64,000 bases of DNA from assembly GCA_000182565.2 (NCBI GenBank), contig KQ257454.1. One strand, written 5' to 3'. Positions 49,350 to 60,800 of this stretch are shown piece after piece. This DNA comes from Spizellomyces punctatus DAOM BR117 (Eukaryota). The notes beneath the pieces are model-generated. The model worked only from the letters and a program-made list of their open reading frames with translations, had not been told where the DNA came from and did no database searches. Position 1 is the stretch's first letter, and each line of letters opens with the position of its first letter. The translations under genes and the position numbers were made by a program.

Positions 49350-50850
49350 CTATATTAGCCCAACCACTTTCTGCACATCTCGCAAAGTCCGGCTGGCAAG
49401 GTGGCGCGCCCGTTCTTCTCCCTCACTGAGAATCTCCTCGACAAATCCCATATCTTTCCGTAGCCTCAAAAGCTCCTCACGAATGGGTTTCAAACCCTCG
49501 ATTACCCTTTCCCCTACAGCCTCCTTAAAGTCTTTATTGCCGCTGGTGGCAAACCTCGCTGCGACTTGCGCAACCTCTTCGTTCGAAAAGCTGGAGTAGA
49601 TGTTGATGAGGTTGGCAATACCTGGACGATTGACTGGGTCATATGTTATACCGACAGAAGAGTCGACCGTGGCTTTTCGAATTTTGGAGCGGATTTGGTC
49701 GGGCGTGTCGTCAAGGTTAATACGCGAAGCATCAGACGGGTCTGATTTTGACATTTTGGAGGTTGGAGTGCGGAGGGACATGATACGCTTGGAGGATGAG
49801 GAAGCTGAAACATAAAATATAAATCAGATGAGGACGTTTGAACAGTCTATTTGCTCTCATACCAAAGATCCCTTTTGGAATGGGGAAAATCTCCTTTTTG
49901 TAATGAGAGTTGAGGCTACGTGCAGCCATGACTGTGAGTTCCAAATGCTGCAGTTGATCCTCGCCGATAGGCACTTCGGTCGCACTGTTAACTTTTGTTA
50001 TTTATGAGAACACTATTATGCAAGGGAAAGCATCCCATACCGATAAATCAGTATATCTGCCGCCTGCAGAACCGGGTAGGCCAGTAAACCAATGTTTAAG
50101 CCTTGTGTATTCTCATCGCCGTCAAGCTTCGCATTTTCATCTCCCCCTGACATTAAAGATATGGTGGCGTTTGCGGTGGTTATCGCAGCTGCATTCGGGT
50201 TGTTTTGTTGAAGCATCTGCAGTTTTGACTGTATATGTTGCTCATGTTAGTTGAATCTGCCAATAGAGTCGGGCCGGAGAGAGACTCATACCTTCCACTG
50301 GTGCATACGGCTCAACCATCCAATCGGTGTTCGGCAAAAGAGAAGCCACGCTAGTTCTGAATGTTGTGGGACCTGTTCCATGATGGACGAGTAAGAACGT
50401 CAAGTTTCCGAAATTCTTCGCACACAGGCCCTGGCCACCTTGGACTGTCTAAATAGTATGCTCCGTTTTGGATCAATCCCACAGGCCAAAAGTGAGGCCG
50501 CCATATCCCGCACATTCCTCCTTAGTACGATAGGGTCTTGCGGAACTGTCAGCGCGTGTAGGTCGACGATACTGTACAAGACGTGAGAGTCGGCGGTCCT
50601 AGTATCCTGCAAGCGCACCCAGTTGGCAAGCGCACCGAGGTAATTGCCGAGATGGGGCACTCCAGTCGGTTGTATTCCTGACAGTGTGCATGGTCGGAAA
50701 CGGGACGGTTTTGGAGACGCACCAGTCGACAATGGACGGGAGCTGAGCTGCATCATTCGACAAGTTGGCACAGGTGTTTGCGGCGCACGATATGTTTCTA
50801 AAATAACCTACCTTGCTGGCTAGACCCAGTCGTCTCGTCGGTTTCCACAT
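49350..50850 (-). CDS. MSW1: Mitochondrial tryptophanyl-tRNA synthetase
   Basis: [45 protein letters not shown]. Confidence 0.95.
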
Positions 50851-51305
50851 GTTGCGCACCATTGTCGGTTGAGAGCAGCTCTCGCCAGTTTCAACTTGGA
50901 GAGAGTACGACAGTCATAGTAACGCGAATGTATTGCACAGCCACTACAACAACCACACGTCTCTCCCCATGTTCATTTCGACGCCCAAGTCGAACGAGAG
51001 TATGGAGAGCAATGGACGCACATGCCGGACCTTTGCATGTGCGTTTGATATGCCTGCGCACTTTTGCCTCTTTCCCGCTCACGGCGACCCTCCCAACCTC
51101 AACAACGACCTCTTACGACTTGCTCGCCTTTAAGCGTCTTTCAACTCGCTTGGAGCGCACTTCTCATGACTGTGCCATTGAAATGAGCCAATGAAACTTG
51201 ATCAACGCTATTCAACGTCATCACTTTCGCGTACCCCCGCAGCGGACCAGCAAGACGCTCCTTCAACCCCCGCAATCACCAGCACTCACATTTTAACCTG
51301 CAACA

Positions 51306-52097
51306 ATGGGCGCCCAAGGGTCACATCTCGAAGACATGGTGGCAACCACAAACTGTAAGTAAGGGAGATAATCCAAGCTGTAGTGCCAGTAGCATCGCGT
51401 GGACATGTTATTCTAATGATCCCGACAACCGCTAATGCCCCTCTTGGTTCACAGTCTCAGCTGAAGAAATCCAAAGACTATACAAACGCTTTGTAAAACT
51501 AGATAAAGACGGCTCAGGCTCCCTCACCAAAGAAGAATTCCTTTCCCTTCCCCAAGTTGCCAATAACCCTCTCGCACAGCGTCTATTAGCCGTCTTTGAC
51601 AACGATGGCTCAGGGGACGTGGATTTTAAAGAATTCATTTCTGGATTGAGTGCGTTTTCAACAAAGGGGAACAGGGAAGAGAAACTGAAATGTAGGTTTA
51701 TTTGCTGTCGACAATGAACGTGACATTACTCCGTCTGCGTGGCGTGTAATAGCGAACCCAGAGTAGCATATGGCTTCCCAAGCATTAAAAGGCTTGCATC
51801 CATTTGTACCTGCGGCATAATATAATAATATGTTCTCCTTGATTTTTCATTTTAGTTGCATTCAAAGTCTACGACATGGACCGCGACGGCTTCATATCAA
51901 ACGGCGAACTTTTCCTAGTTCTCAAAATGATGGTCGGAAATAACCTAAGAGACAGCCAATTGCAACAAATCGTGGATAAGACAATCATGGAGGCAGATCT
52001 GGATTTGGACGGGAAGATATCATTTGAAGAATTTCAAAAGATGGTGGAAAGCACGGACGTGGCACGACAAATGACGTTAGAAGATGATCGAATTTGA
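51306..52097 (+). CDS. CNB1: Calcineurin B regulatory subunit, 3 exons
   Basis: MGAQGS myristoylation start, [46 protein letters not shown], four EF hands. Confidence 0.97.
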
Positions 52098-52403
52098 TGT
52101 TGTGATTGGAAGGGATGGGGATACTCTGTTGTCAACAATTATTGGCTGTGAGTAATACCTGGGCTGTTTATTCAATAGATATAGTGATTAACGGAGAGGT
52201 CTCAGTTCTAACGATGGTTGAACGGTTGATACTGTAGGCAACACGTGGGGGGTTTTCCAATATCGTAATACTAGTGCAAAATCTCTATAGCTGCTAATTA
52301 ATGCCAAAAATTCCAGCTTGCATTATGCGTGCGTTGTGCATGTGTGGATGGAGATCTTAACCTCCGCCAATTAGGGAATACTGGGTACAACTGCGTAGAG
52401 GAT

Positions 52404-55400
52404 CTAATAAGAGGGGCCTTGTCCCGACTTGCGATCATAGTTCTGTGGGTTTCCAGCCGGTGGCGTCGTATATGCTGGCGGTGCATAATTCGCCGGTGTA
52501 GTTGCCATGCGCTGTAATGCATCGCTACTTTGACCTGCATCGTAATTTCTTAACCCCGGCATGGTAGCATGTCTAGATGGGCCCGCGAGTCCGTAATCGG
52601 ATGGCCCTGCATCAGACATGTTGGGGACGCTATCCTGCGATGTGATAGATGCAAACGAGTGTGCACGTGCAGGGCGAGGTCTAATGCCCCGAGAGCGCAT
52701 GTAACTGACAAACTGGTCAGGAATTTCTGCGAGCACCTATCAAGCCGGAGGGCTCATGAACATCTGAAACAGATAGAAAAATCACGAAGCCGGAGGAGAC
52801 CCACCTCCTTGGCTAATTTGTGCGGATTTCCAGCCATTTCCCTGTATGGCACAAATTGTACAATGTCGCGTTCACATCGACGCCCGTCCGCGATCAGAGG
52901 CTGATCATCCGCATCCAGAACATGCATCTTGGTGAAGTCCGCATTACCCACCCCAACAATGACAATCGAGAGAGGAAGGTTTGACGCGTGCACTATCGCG
53001 CGAATTGTGGATTCCTAGTCTTAGTGTTAGATGACAACCCGGTCCTTTGAAACCAACGCGACCAATGCAGACCATATCTGTTATTTCACCATCTGTAATC
53101 ATTAGAAGAACTGAGTAGTTGCTTCCCGGTCCATGCCGGCTTTCTCTCTCCCTGATTTGAGCTGCGACTTGGTTTATTATCTGCATAAAGAGAACCCTTG
53201 AATGTTGAACCCTCAAGAAATCAAGACACCTTCAAGTCTTACGTACAGGTGAAAAATTCGTAGCTGATGAATGACACGATTTCAAACGACGCCAGAGGAT
53301 GAGTGTCCTGAAACCATGAAAGACAACGTAAAAATTACTTACGGCCGTACAGTGAAATGTTGGAGAGGGCAAGTATATATGCATCCAGTATCCCTTGAAC
53401 ACCATAAACCTCAGGCTAAAGCGGTGTAAGTGGCCAACAACGTCAAGAACGACAGCGACGCATAAACGAACGTTTTTGGGATTTCCGTTCAAAGCAAAGC
53501 AGTGAGACACTGTGCCGTCCCCGAACTTCGCACCAAAACCATACGCTTTAAAGTTAAGATTGATTCCACGTTCTTGTTAGCCATGTTCTAGCCAGCATTT
53601 AAGGCAAGGAGATAAAAGTCACACACCTGGAAACTGTTTATCCGTGTCATATGCCTGTACTGGGTGATGGCATGTCTTCGTCAGCGCTATCATAAGATTA
53701 CAAAAGCCAATGAACCTTACATATATTGCCAACTGAAAAAATAGCTTCTTGGTAAAAATTGTATCGCGATGGATCCCGAAAATGTAGAGAGTTTGGGTTC
53801 CGTGGGTCTCCGTTACTAGCAGTGAAGTCAATTGCGACATCAAGACCTAGTGTTGTACCGCCCGCCAAATAATCAAGGAAGCTGTACAAACAAAACATTC
53901 AGCAAGAGAACAAATTTGAGTGGCACGACTCACTCTACGCACGTAGGAACATCCTCCAGATAAAACTGTACGACTTGGAAATAGCCAGAATTTTGGTAAT
54001 TTTTCTTCTTCTCCTTTTTTTTCGGGTTGATCAGTTCAAACTCCTTGCCCTGTGCTTTCAGTAACTCGTTGGCCGATGCCTTCACTTCAATTAGTTTCCC
54101 ATCAAGAGCACGGTACATCAATCCATTCACGTACTTTAAAGTGTCCAATCAGGTCACTGGCTTTCAAAAGTCATCCAACCCCAATAAGCAATGGTCCTGA
54201 TTTTATTTCAAAATCGATCTTACCATCCGCTGACGAACCTCCACTGCGATTCCAGTCATAGACTAGGGAGTGTCAGAAGGTAAGTATTGTGAACTGCGCG
54301 CTTCATATCCAAGCTACAGATATGGTGCTTAAAATACCTTCAAAAAGAAGCTGTCGGTCAAGGTCTCCGTTGCATAGGGCGGCGACCGGTATAACTGCGG
54401 GGTCCCATGTTGGATTTAAGGTTTTCGCAACGTGTTTGCTCCTATAGACAACGGTTGTCGAACCGTCTATGTGTATGGCCGGATTTCAAAATCACCCTCT
54501 TTATGAACACTGTTGCGCAACAGTACACCGCTTACCTTCCTGTGTCCGGCTGATCTGATAAAATGGATCTGATTTACCAAAGAAGTCCTTTTTGTCCAGA
54601 TCTCGTCCATGATACGTCATCCTGCAGAGCGCATGGTGTTCATATTCATAAAGGACGGGTGCTAATCATGTTGCACATCGCACTTACTTGACGACATGCT
54701 TTAAATTAGTCTGCTCCTCCGCTACGATTTTGATGTAGCCAGCTTTTGCTCGATTGGGATGAGCGAGCGGTCTTTGCAATGCTTGTCCACTGGCAGTTAC
54801 TATACAGCGGAAGATTTGTCGTCAACAACTTAAAGAGAGCATGCGTCTCGTCATATTACCCACCTATGGTGGCTAAAGTAGTTTCGAAGGTGCCGAGTAG
54901 ATCTTGGTCGTGGATAGATCCGTTCGGCTTATCAATATCCATGACCACAAATCTAGAAAAATGATGATTGATATTTGTCCCCGGGTATACTGGCTAAGAC
55001 TTTCAATATCCTACTTGAGTCGTTGTTCCTGTGCGAGAGGAAAATGCGATTTATCGGTACGATTTTCCACCGGTTAAGAAGACTAGCGACACCTCAACAC
55101 GTACCTCTTCAAAGTAGTAGTCAATAACGATGCCCTTTGCAAAGTCCGGGTTTAAGTTGTCCTTTATCGTTTCAGTTCGTCCATATTCTATCCAGCCTCC
55201 TCCCCGCAACGCGCTCGCCGTATACAAGATGACCTGTGGATCGCTTTTGCTCAAGACATCTTTGTTCAAGAGATGCCTGGAAGTGGACGTTGGGATAATA
55301 ATAAAGAGTAAGCTTTCGCCTTCGTCGTGTATGTTTCCAACTGAAGAGAAGTGACAGTCACCGGCAAGATATCCTCAACTCAATTTTTGACTGAGGCACC

Positions 55401-55405
55401 TCCAT
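52404..55405 (-). CDS. Copine (C2-C2-vWA), many exons
   Basis: NKDVLSKSDP, DKKDFFGKSDPF, VAIDFTASNGDP, LYGPTNFSP, LMITDGEITDM, LPLSIVIVGVG, RDIVQFV. Confidence 0.93.
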
Positions 55406-56387
55406 ATGTCCAATCTAAATAGGTATGCGCTTTAGCTGCGGCAATTTTCAGTAAAGTGTTTGTGTGTCGATGCTAGTCGGATGGGGAAATTAAAAGCAGG
55501 ATCTCGTCTTTTTGTATTCTCGGTTGAAGTCAAAAAACAGCAGTCCACTTGGCGCATTGACAGCACCGCCACCGGGTCGGAATGTTACCTAACACGTGTC
55601 ACCCTCCGATCAGGTTTCCTTCCAGTAGGTCTTCCAAGGCTTGCTTTAACGACATGTGTATACGGACTTGACAGACCATGATTTGTATTTTGTTGTTGAT
55701 GCCAAGTCTGATGATGAAAACGGGCGATCATACATGTCATTGATCTTTCTCCAATATCAGTCTCGTTTGTGGAGGCAAGGTAGACAGGACATGGATTTGC
55801 GCAAGCTTCGTTTCCAATGCATGTTTATGTATGGTTTCCTAACATTGATGACCGACTACTCCTTGTTTTATCATACTTGTAACAATATCTGCTACCCTTA
55901 ACACTGTGCAAGGACGTCCGTCAGTCATACGGTGTTTGTGTGGTCCGGGAATCAACTTTGACAACTATCTGCTTTCGCATAAAATCCTTGTATCAAGTTG
56001 TCGGCTCGATGATAGCCAATGCTTGAAGCAAGCGGTGCCAAACAGCCAAAGAGTAGAAGTAGAAGGTTCATCGTGAACCCCCAGCTACGCCCTCCACAAG
56101 GTGCCTTTACACTCCTAGGCCAATGCCTTGGTGGCCTTGGTATTTCGCACACCTGCGCATAACTGACTCTAATCTAACTATTGCCTGCCGTCTTGTAGCG
56201 CTGTTTAGGTCATTCTGACAGAGGGCTAATGGGGGGCAGTGGGGAACCAGCGGAGTTCGGACAGGTCAGGTGCCACGTCGTGTCCGATTGGGAGCTGGCG
56301 TCGCTTGACGTGTACTGGGACCATCTCCAGAGATCATTCTCGTCCGTGTTCATTTCTTGCATCGATACAAACAGAGACATTGATAAA

Positions 56388-57344
56388 ATGTCAGTACCAG
56401 CAGAAGTTCAACTTAATATGCCACCAACAGATCCTGCAGACACGGAGATGACGGTGGAAGAGGGTCCACGGATGCGAAAGCTCCGTGAAGTCTTTGAAGC
56501 GGCCTTAAACACATGCCTAAACGGATGTAGGTCAGTTTGCCGGTGCTCAAATGATAGATCGGAAGACTGTCGATTTTTTACTCATATTAATATTACAGTT
56601 ACGCGAAAATGGCCCAAGCCTTTCCTCGTCTCGCACGCGATAATCCGGATGCACTTCGGAGCGCGCGTGAACAGTTGGTTGCCTTCATTCGAGAATCGAT
56701 ACGAGTAAGCGTAATCTTCTAACTGTGAATGACAAACTGGCCAATGAATGGATTGTTCCCTACCTTGACAGGAAGAATTTGAGGACATTAACATGGATAA
56801 AAATGTTGTGGCCAAACTCAACGAGCTTGACCGCATTATTGCACTAGCCCAGCAGAGGCAGAAAGCAGAATATGAAAGGGGGCAGGGGCGAGGGTCGAAG
56901 AGAACAGATAATAGCTCTGCACCAGCGGAGTGCATGCATTTCAGGTAAATACAGATCGAATGCGACAGGATCTCCAGGCGCCACCCAAAACTTCAGTTCA
57001 ATAACAATCCTCAAATGAACTATCGCACAGAGTATCTCCCGCTCAGGCAATTCGAGCTTACAGCGTATATGCCAAGCGACGCGAACTGAGTAAGCTACAC
57101 ACGGAATTGGCCGAGGTGAGCCAAACCGAGAGTAAAACATGTGACGGTCTTATTTACTCAGGCTGTACAGATCCAGTCTGCAAATCATGCTCTTCAGTCA
57201 CGTCTTACGCAGTCCAGAGCAGAAGTGAGTACTTTACAAAATACCATTCAATCATCTGCGGATAAGCTTCTGCCACCTCGAGGGATCGTCGATGTGATAG
57301 AGATAAACACAGCTGTTGGCGGTTCAGAGATGGAATGGACGTAG
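56388..57344 (+). CDS. NNF1: Kinetochore MIS12 complex subunit Nnf1/PMF1
   Basis: GPRMRKLREVFEAAL...AQAFP...EEFEDINMDKNVVAKLNELDRII, followed by coiled coil. Confidence 0.8.
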
Positions 57345-57502
57345 AGACGAATCCACGCCTGGGCACAGACTTCAGGCACACCAGCGCGGTCACATCAAAC
57401 TTGTACATAATTCAGCGAGGCTTCCTATTTAAATATAATTCCTTAAAACTACAATGGCCTAAGTGCGCCTCAATATCTACATCCCTGCCACGCTAACTAC
57501 AG

Positions 57503-60500
57503 TCACCGACGCTTTCCAAGTCGGCTCATTGTCTTTGACATACGCTGGTACACAGTGGCAGGCTTTTTCTCTTTCTTCGGTGCAGAAACGTTCACTGCTG
57601 TATTCGCGATGGTTGGTTTCATCTCATCTGATGAGTTGCTAATGATTTGGTTACTAGCTGTGTTGCTCACTTCCCTAGTTGGAGGTGGTTGCGGTGGTGG
57701 TGGCAGATACATTCCGGTAACAGCGGCCTTCGGTGGATTAGTCGCCATACTCTCTTTACGAATTGGCAAGGACGTGACGCACGGTTTGCTCTGAGCAGGG
57801 GGTGCGATATGGGGTACATCTATCACCTTTGAGGTGTCACTTCTGATAGTTGTACTGGTTCTGATATATCCCAAGGATCGCCCTTTCTTTTTTCGAGTTG
57901 CACGTGTACCATCATCTGCATCGTCGCTGGCATCATCAGACTCGGACTCTGGTTTTCGCTTTGCCTTTCTGGTGTTACCGCCGGGAATATACGCTTGGCC
58001 ATCGTCCGTGTGGACGACTCCATCATCATCCTCGTCCATATACTCGCCGTCATCTTCATCATCAATAGGCTCATCATCATTGTCTGAATCCAAAAATTCC
58101 ATTTCGGTTAAATCTGAAAGCCATTCATCCGAGTCATCATCAATGGCGCTCCCATGCGCGATCAATGATTCATTTTCAATTTGCTCCAAATGCCCCGCTT
58201 GCAAGGTGTGAATCTCAGCTTTGATCGTCGCATTCGGATGCGAATCGAGGTCAACTGCGTTTGTGGCCGCCTCACTTAGATCCTTCTCATGCTCTTTAAG
58301 ATTCACGCCGTCGGATGGACCTGCTAGTAGCGAATAGGAACTAGCAGACTTTGAAGGTGGCGGATTCGGTTTGTCTATCCCCATCTCAGCCCGTGCCGCA
58401 TTTACATGCTTCTGAAGTTTCCGTAGAAGCTTCTGTACGTTCTTTATCCCTTGGGGAATGGTTCGCTTCAGCGCTTTTCTCTCTTCCTTCTTCAAACGGT
58501 TTACATCGCTCACACGTGTGGCGATTTCTTGAAGGAAGTTGATGAGGACATTCAAGCCATCTAGTTCCCACTTCGATAATATTTGAGCAGCATGTTCTAG
58601 TATTACAATACGGTCAACGATCATCAACGTCTTCAAACTGTCTCGAGGAAGATTTACTTACCTTTTAGTATGCCGAGATAAGCCTTCGCTGCATACCACT
58701 GCATTTTCTCAAAGAAAGGAAATCTGTAGAACAAGAGTAATCTTATCTCAGTACATGTACAACTCTGCCTCTATAGTACGCGAATACCTGAATTTCGCAG
58801 GTACCAAGGTTCGCTTTTCAATTTCGTAGATGTCAAGCTGTCCTCCGATATTCAGCCCTTGAAAAACTGATTAAGGAACACTAGTTGTGTACATATGGAG
58901 AACAGAAGGGCTCACCTTGAAGAAAATTTCCACCTATTACGACTGAATCCGCTGGCGTATATACGGCATGTATCTGCATTCTCATTAACTATTCATGCCT
59001 CATCCTCTTTCCTACTGGTAATGTACTTACCCATCCAGTTGGTATAATCATCCTACGACAATGACGATTAGTTGATAGGTGGCATCGCTGATAACCTGCA
59101 AGCCCCTTCTTACGTGTTGCCGGCGTAGAGACACACTTCAATTGCGCCTCCTTTAATCTCATCTGCAAGAAAGATATTCGATTGATCTGGCGATGACGAC
59201 CACTTTTCATACTATAATTTTGAATACGATCTTAGCAATAAGCCTGTTACAAGTGCTTCACGAGCAACAATCCTACCTTTCGTAGATTCGTTTTTGTTGG
59301 CTCGATGAAGTAGAATACCTTTTGACCGGAGAGTAAATGGTAGAATACCGAACTCCCACCAAAGTCTATATGAAAGCTGAGCCAGGGTGAATAATTATCG
59401 TGCCAATCATTTGCAGATGTTGCTTACTCTGTGTAGCTATCTTTCACGCTCATCAAACAGTACAGCTGGACGCGTGGATAATCATCTTTTGCCTTGAGAT
59501 CAACGGGCCAGACATTATCGATCCAGTCAAGCTCGCGGACAAGCCGGGGACGCTTAATTTGGTCCCCTAGCGGTGTTTGGCTAATTTCCAAGCTTATGAC
59601 CTTATGCAGGTCAGTACAGGGCTAATTCAGGTGTCTACATTGAATCGTTTGTGACTTACATTCAAAATTCGCTTTCGCTTCTCTGGTGGCTGGTGGAAAT
59701 ACTTTGCCCACTCGTCCAAAGTCATGATGCGTTCCGATTGTGTAGCTACTTCAATGACATCCACTTCTCGCTCCCTCCCGCACAGGTCCGCCACTTGATT
59801 GACCTGCACCATCCACAATAAGAACAGATAAACGATTCTTGAAACAAAGAATACGTACAATCAAACTCTTGTCTGGCATGCACATGTCCAGTCCTTCCGG
59901 ACTCTCAATGACAATGGGCTCTTTCAAACCTGTAGTTCGAGCCCAGTCCAACGTTACATCTCGGCCCTGGAGCCGTTGAAATCTGTCAGGGGCGAAAGAT
60001 CGCGCTCTCAACAACTTTGTAAAACGGTGTTCCTCCACAGCCACGCCTTGGTTTAGTTCGCTGTAATTTATTTGCGTTCTATCTCGCTTTGACTTTCGCG
60101 TGGGCTCCTTGTCTGGTGACGCATGGAATAATCACGAGAGTTCTTTTAGAGGTCTGCCAAATACTGATCTGCCTATAGTCTCACTTACAGATACTCTTCC
60201 CATGCGTTGCCTCACACTGAATTAGCAACTTGATAAGAATGAGTTCCGGCAAGATGCAGTTTGACTCTCACAAACCTCCGCACAGTAGAACTTGGTCAAA
60301 TACTGGGTGTCATCCTCTGTCATTGGAGGATCTATGCATTCGCCTGCAATATGACAATGTAGCCGTTAACTACAACCTTACTTACATTATACTGAAGCAA
60401 TATTACCGTGATACCAGTTCTTGCATCCGTCGCACTGTATCATAAACCGTCCATCTCGGCCGTCAGATTCACAATAACAGTACATGTTGCGCTTCGCTTT

Positions 60501-60602
60501 TGTTGGTCGCGTAGGAGGCACCTTACAAGGGTCGCTATTTACAAGTGAGGTCGCCTCTACTACTGAACCATCCACTGCTGAGACTGCTAGCGTCATGTTC
60601 AT
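57503..60602 (-). CDS. JHD1: PHD finger + JmjC histone demethylase (Jhd1/KDM2-KDM7 type)
   Basis: YCYC...[68 protein letters not shown]. Confidence 0.9.
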
Positions 60603-60701
60603 GACATCTATGTGCTTGAACGCAGGCAAAGAGCGTACGCAAATGTTTTGTGAAGTTGAGATCAGCCTGCTTTCGTAAGGAACGGGTACTAGAGCTCTGA
60701 C

Positions 60702-60715
60702 GATACCATAGCAAC
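60702..60715. promoter_or_regulatory. RFX X-box-like element GATACCATAGCAAC in the JHD1/LRRCC1 divergent promoter
   Basis: Canonical ATAGCAAC half-site about 85 bp upstream of the LRR-coiled-coil gene. Confidence 0.45.
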
Positions 60716-60800
60716 AACATGTGTAACGGGATGGAGTAAGGTCAGACGCACGCGACATGGTGCGCTATTTTCCTGGCCTTTGTGAGCCATCTATGCGCGC

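Noticed and set aside
55650-56152. Minus-strand signal-peptide-like ORF (MNLLLLLFGCLAPLASS...)
   Set aside because: It stops after about 39 codons with no convincing splice continuation; a remnant cannot be excluded.
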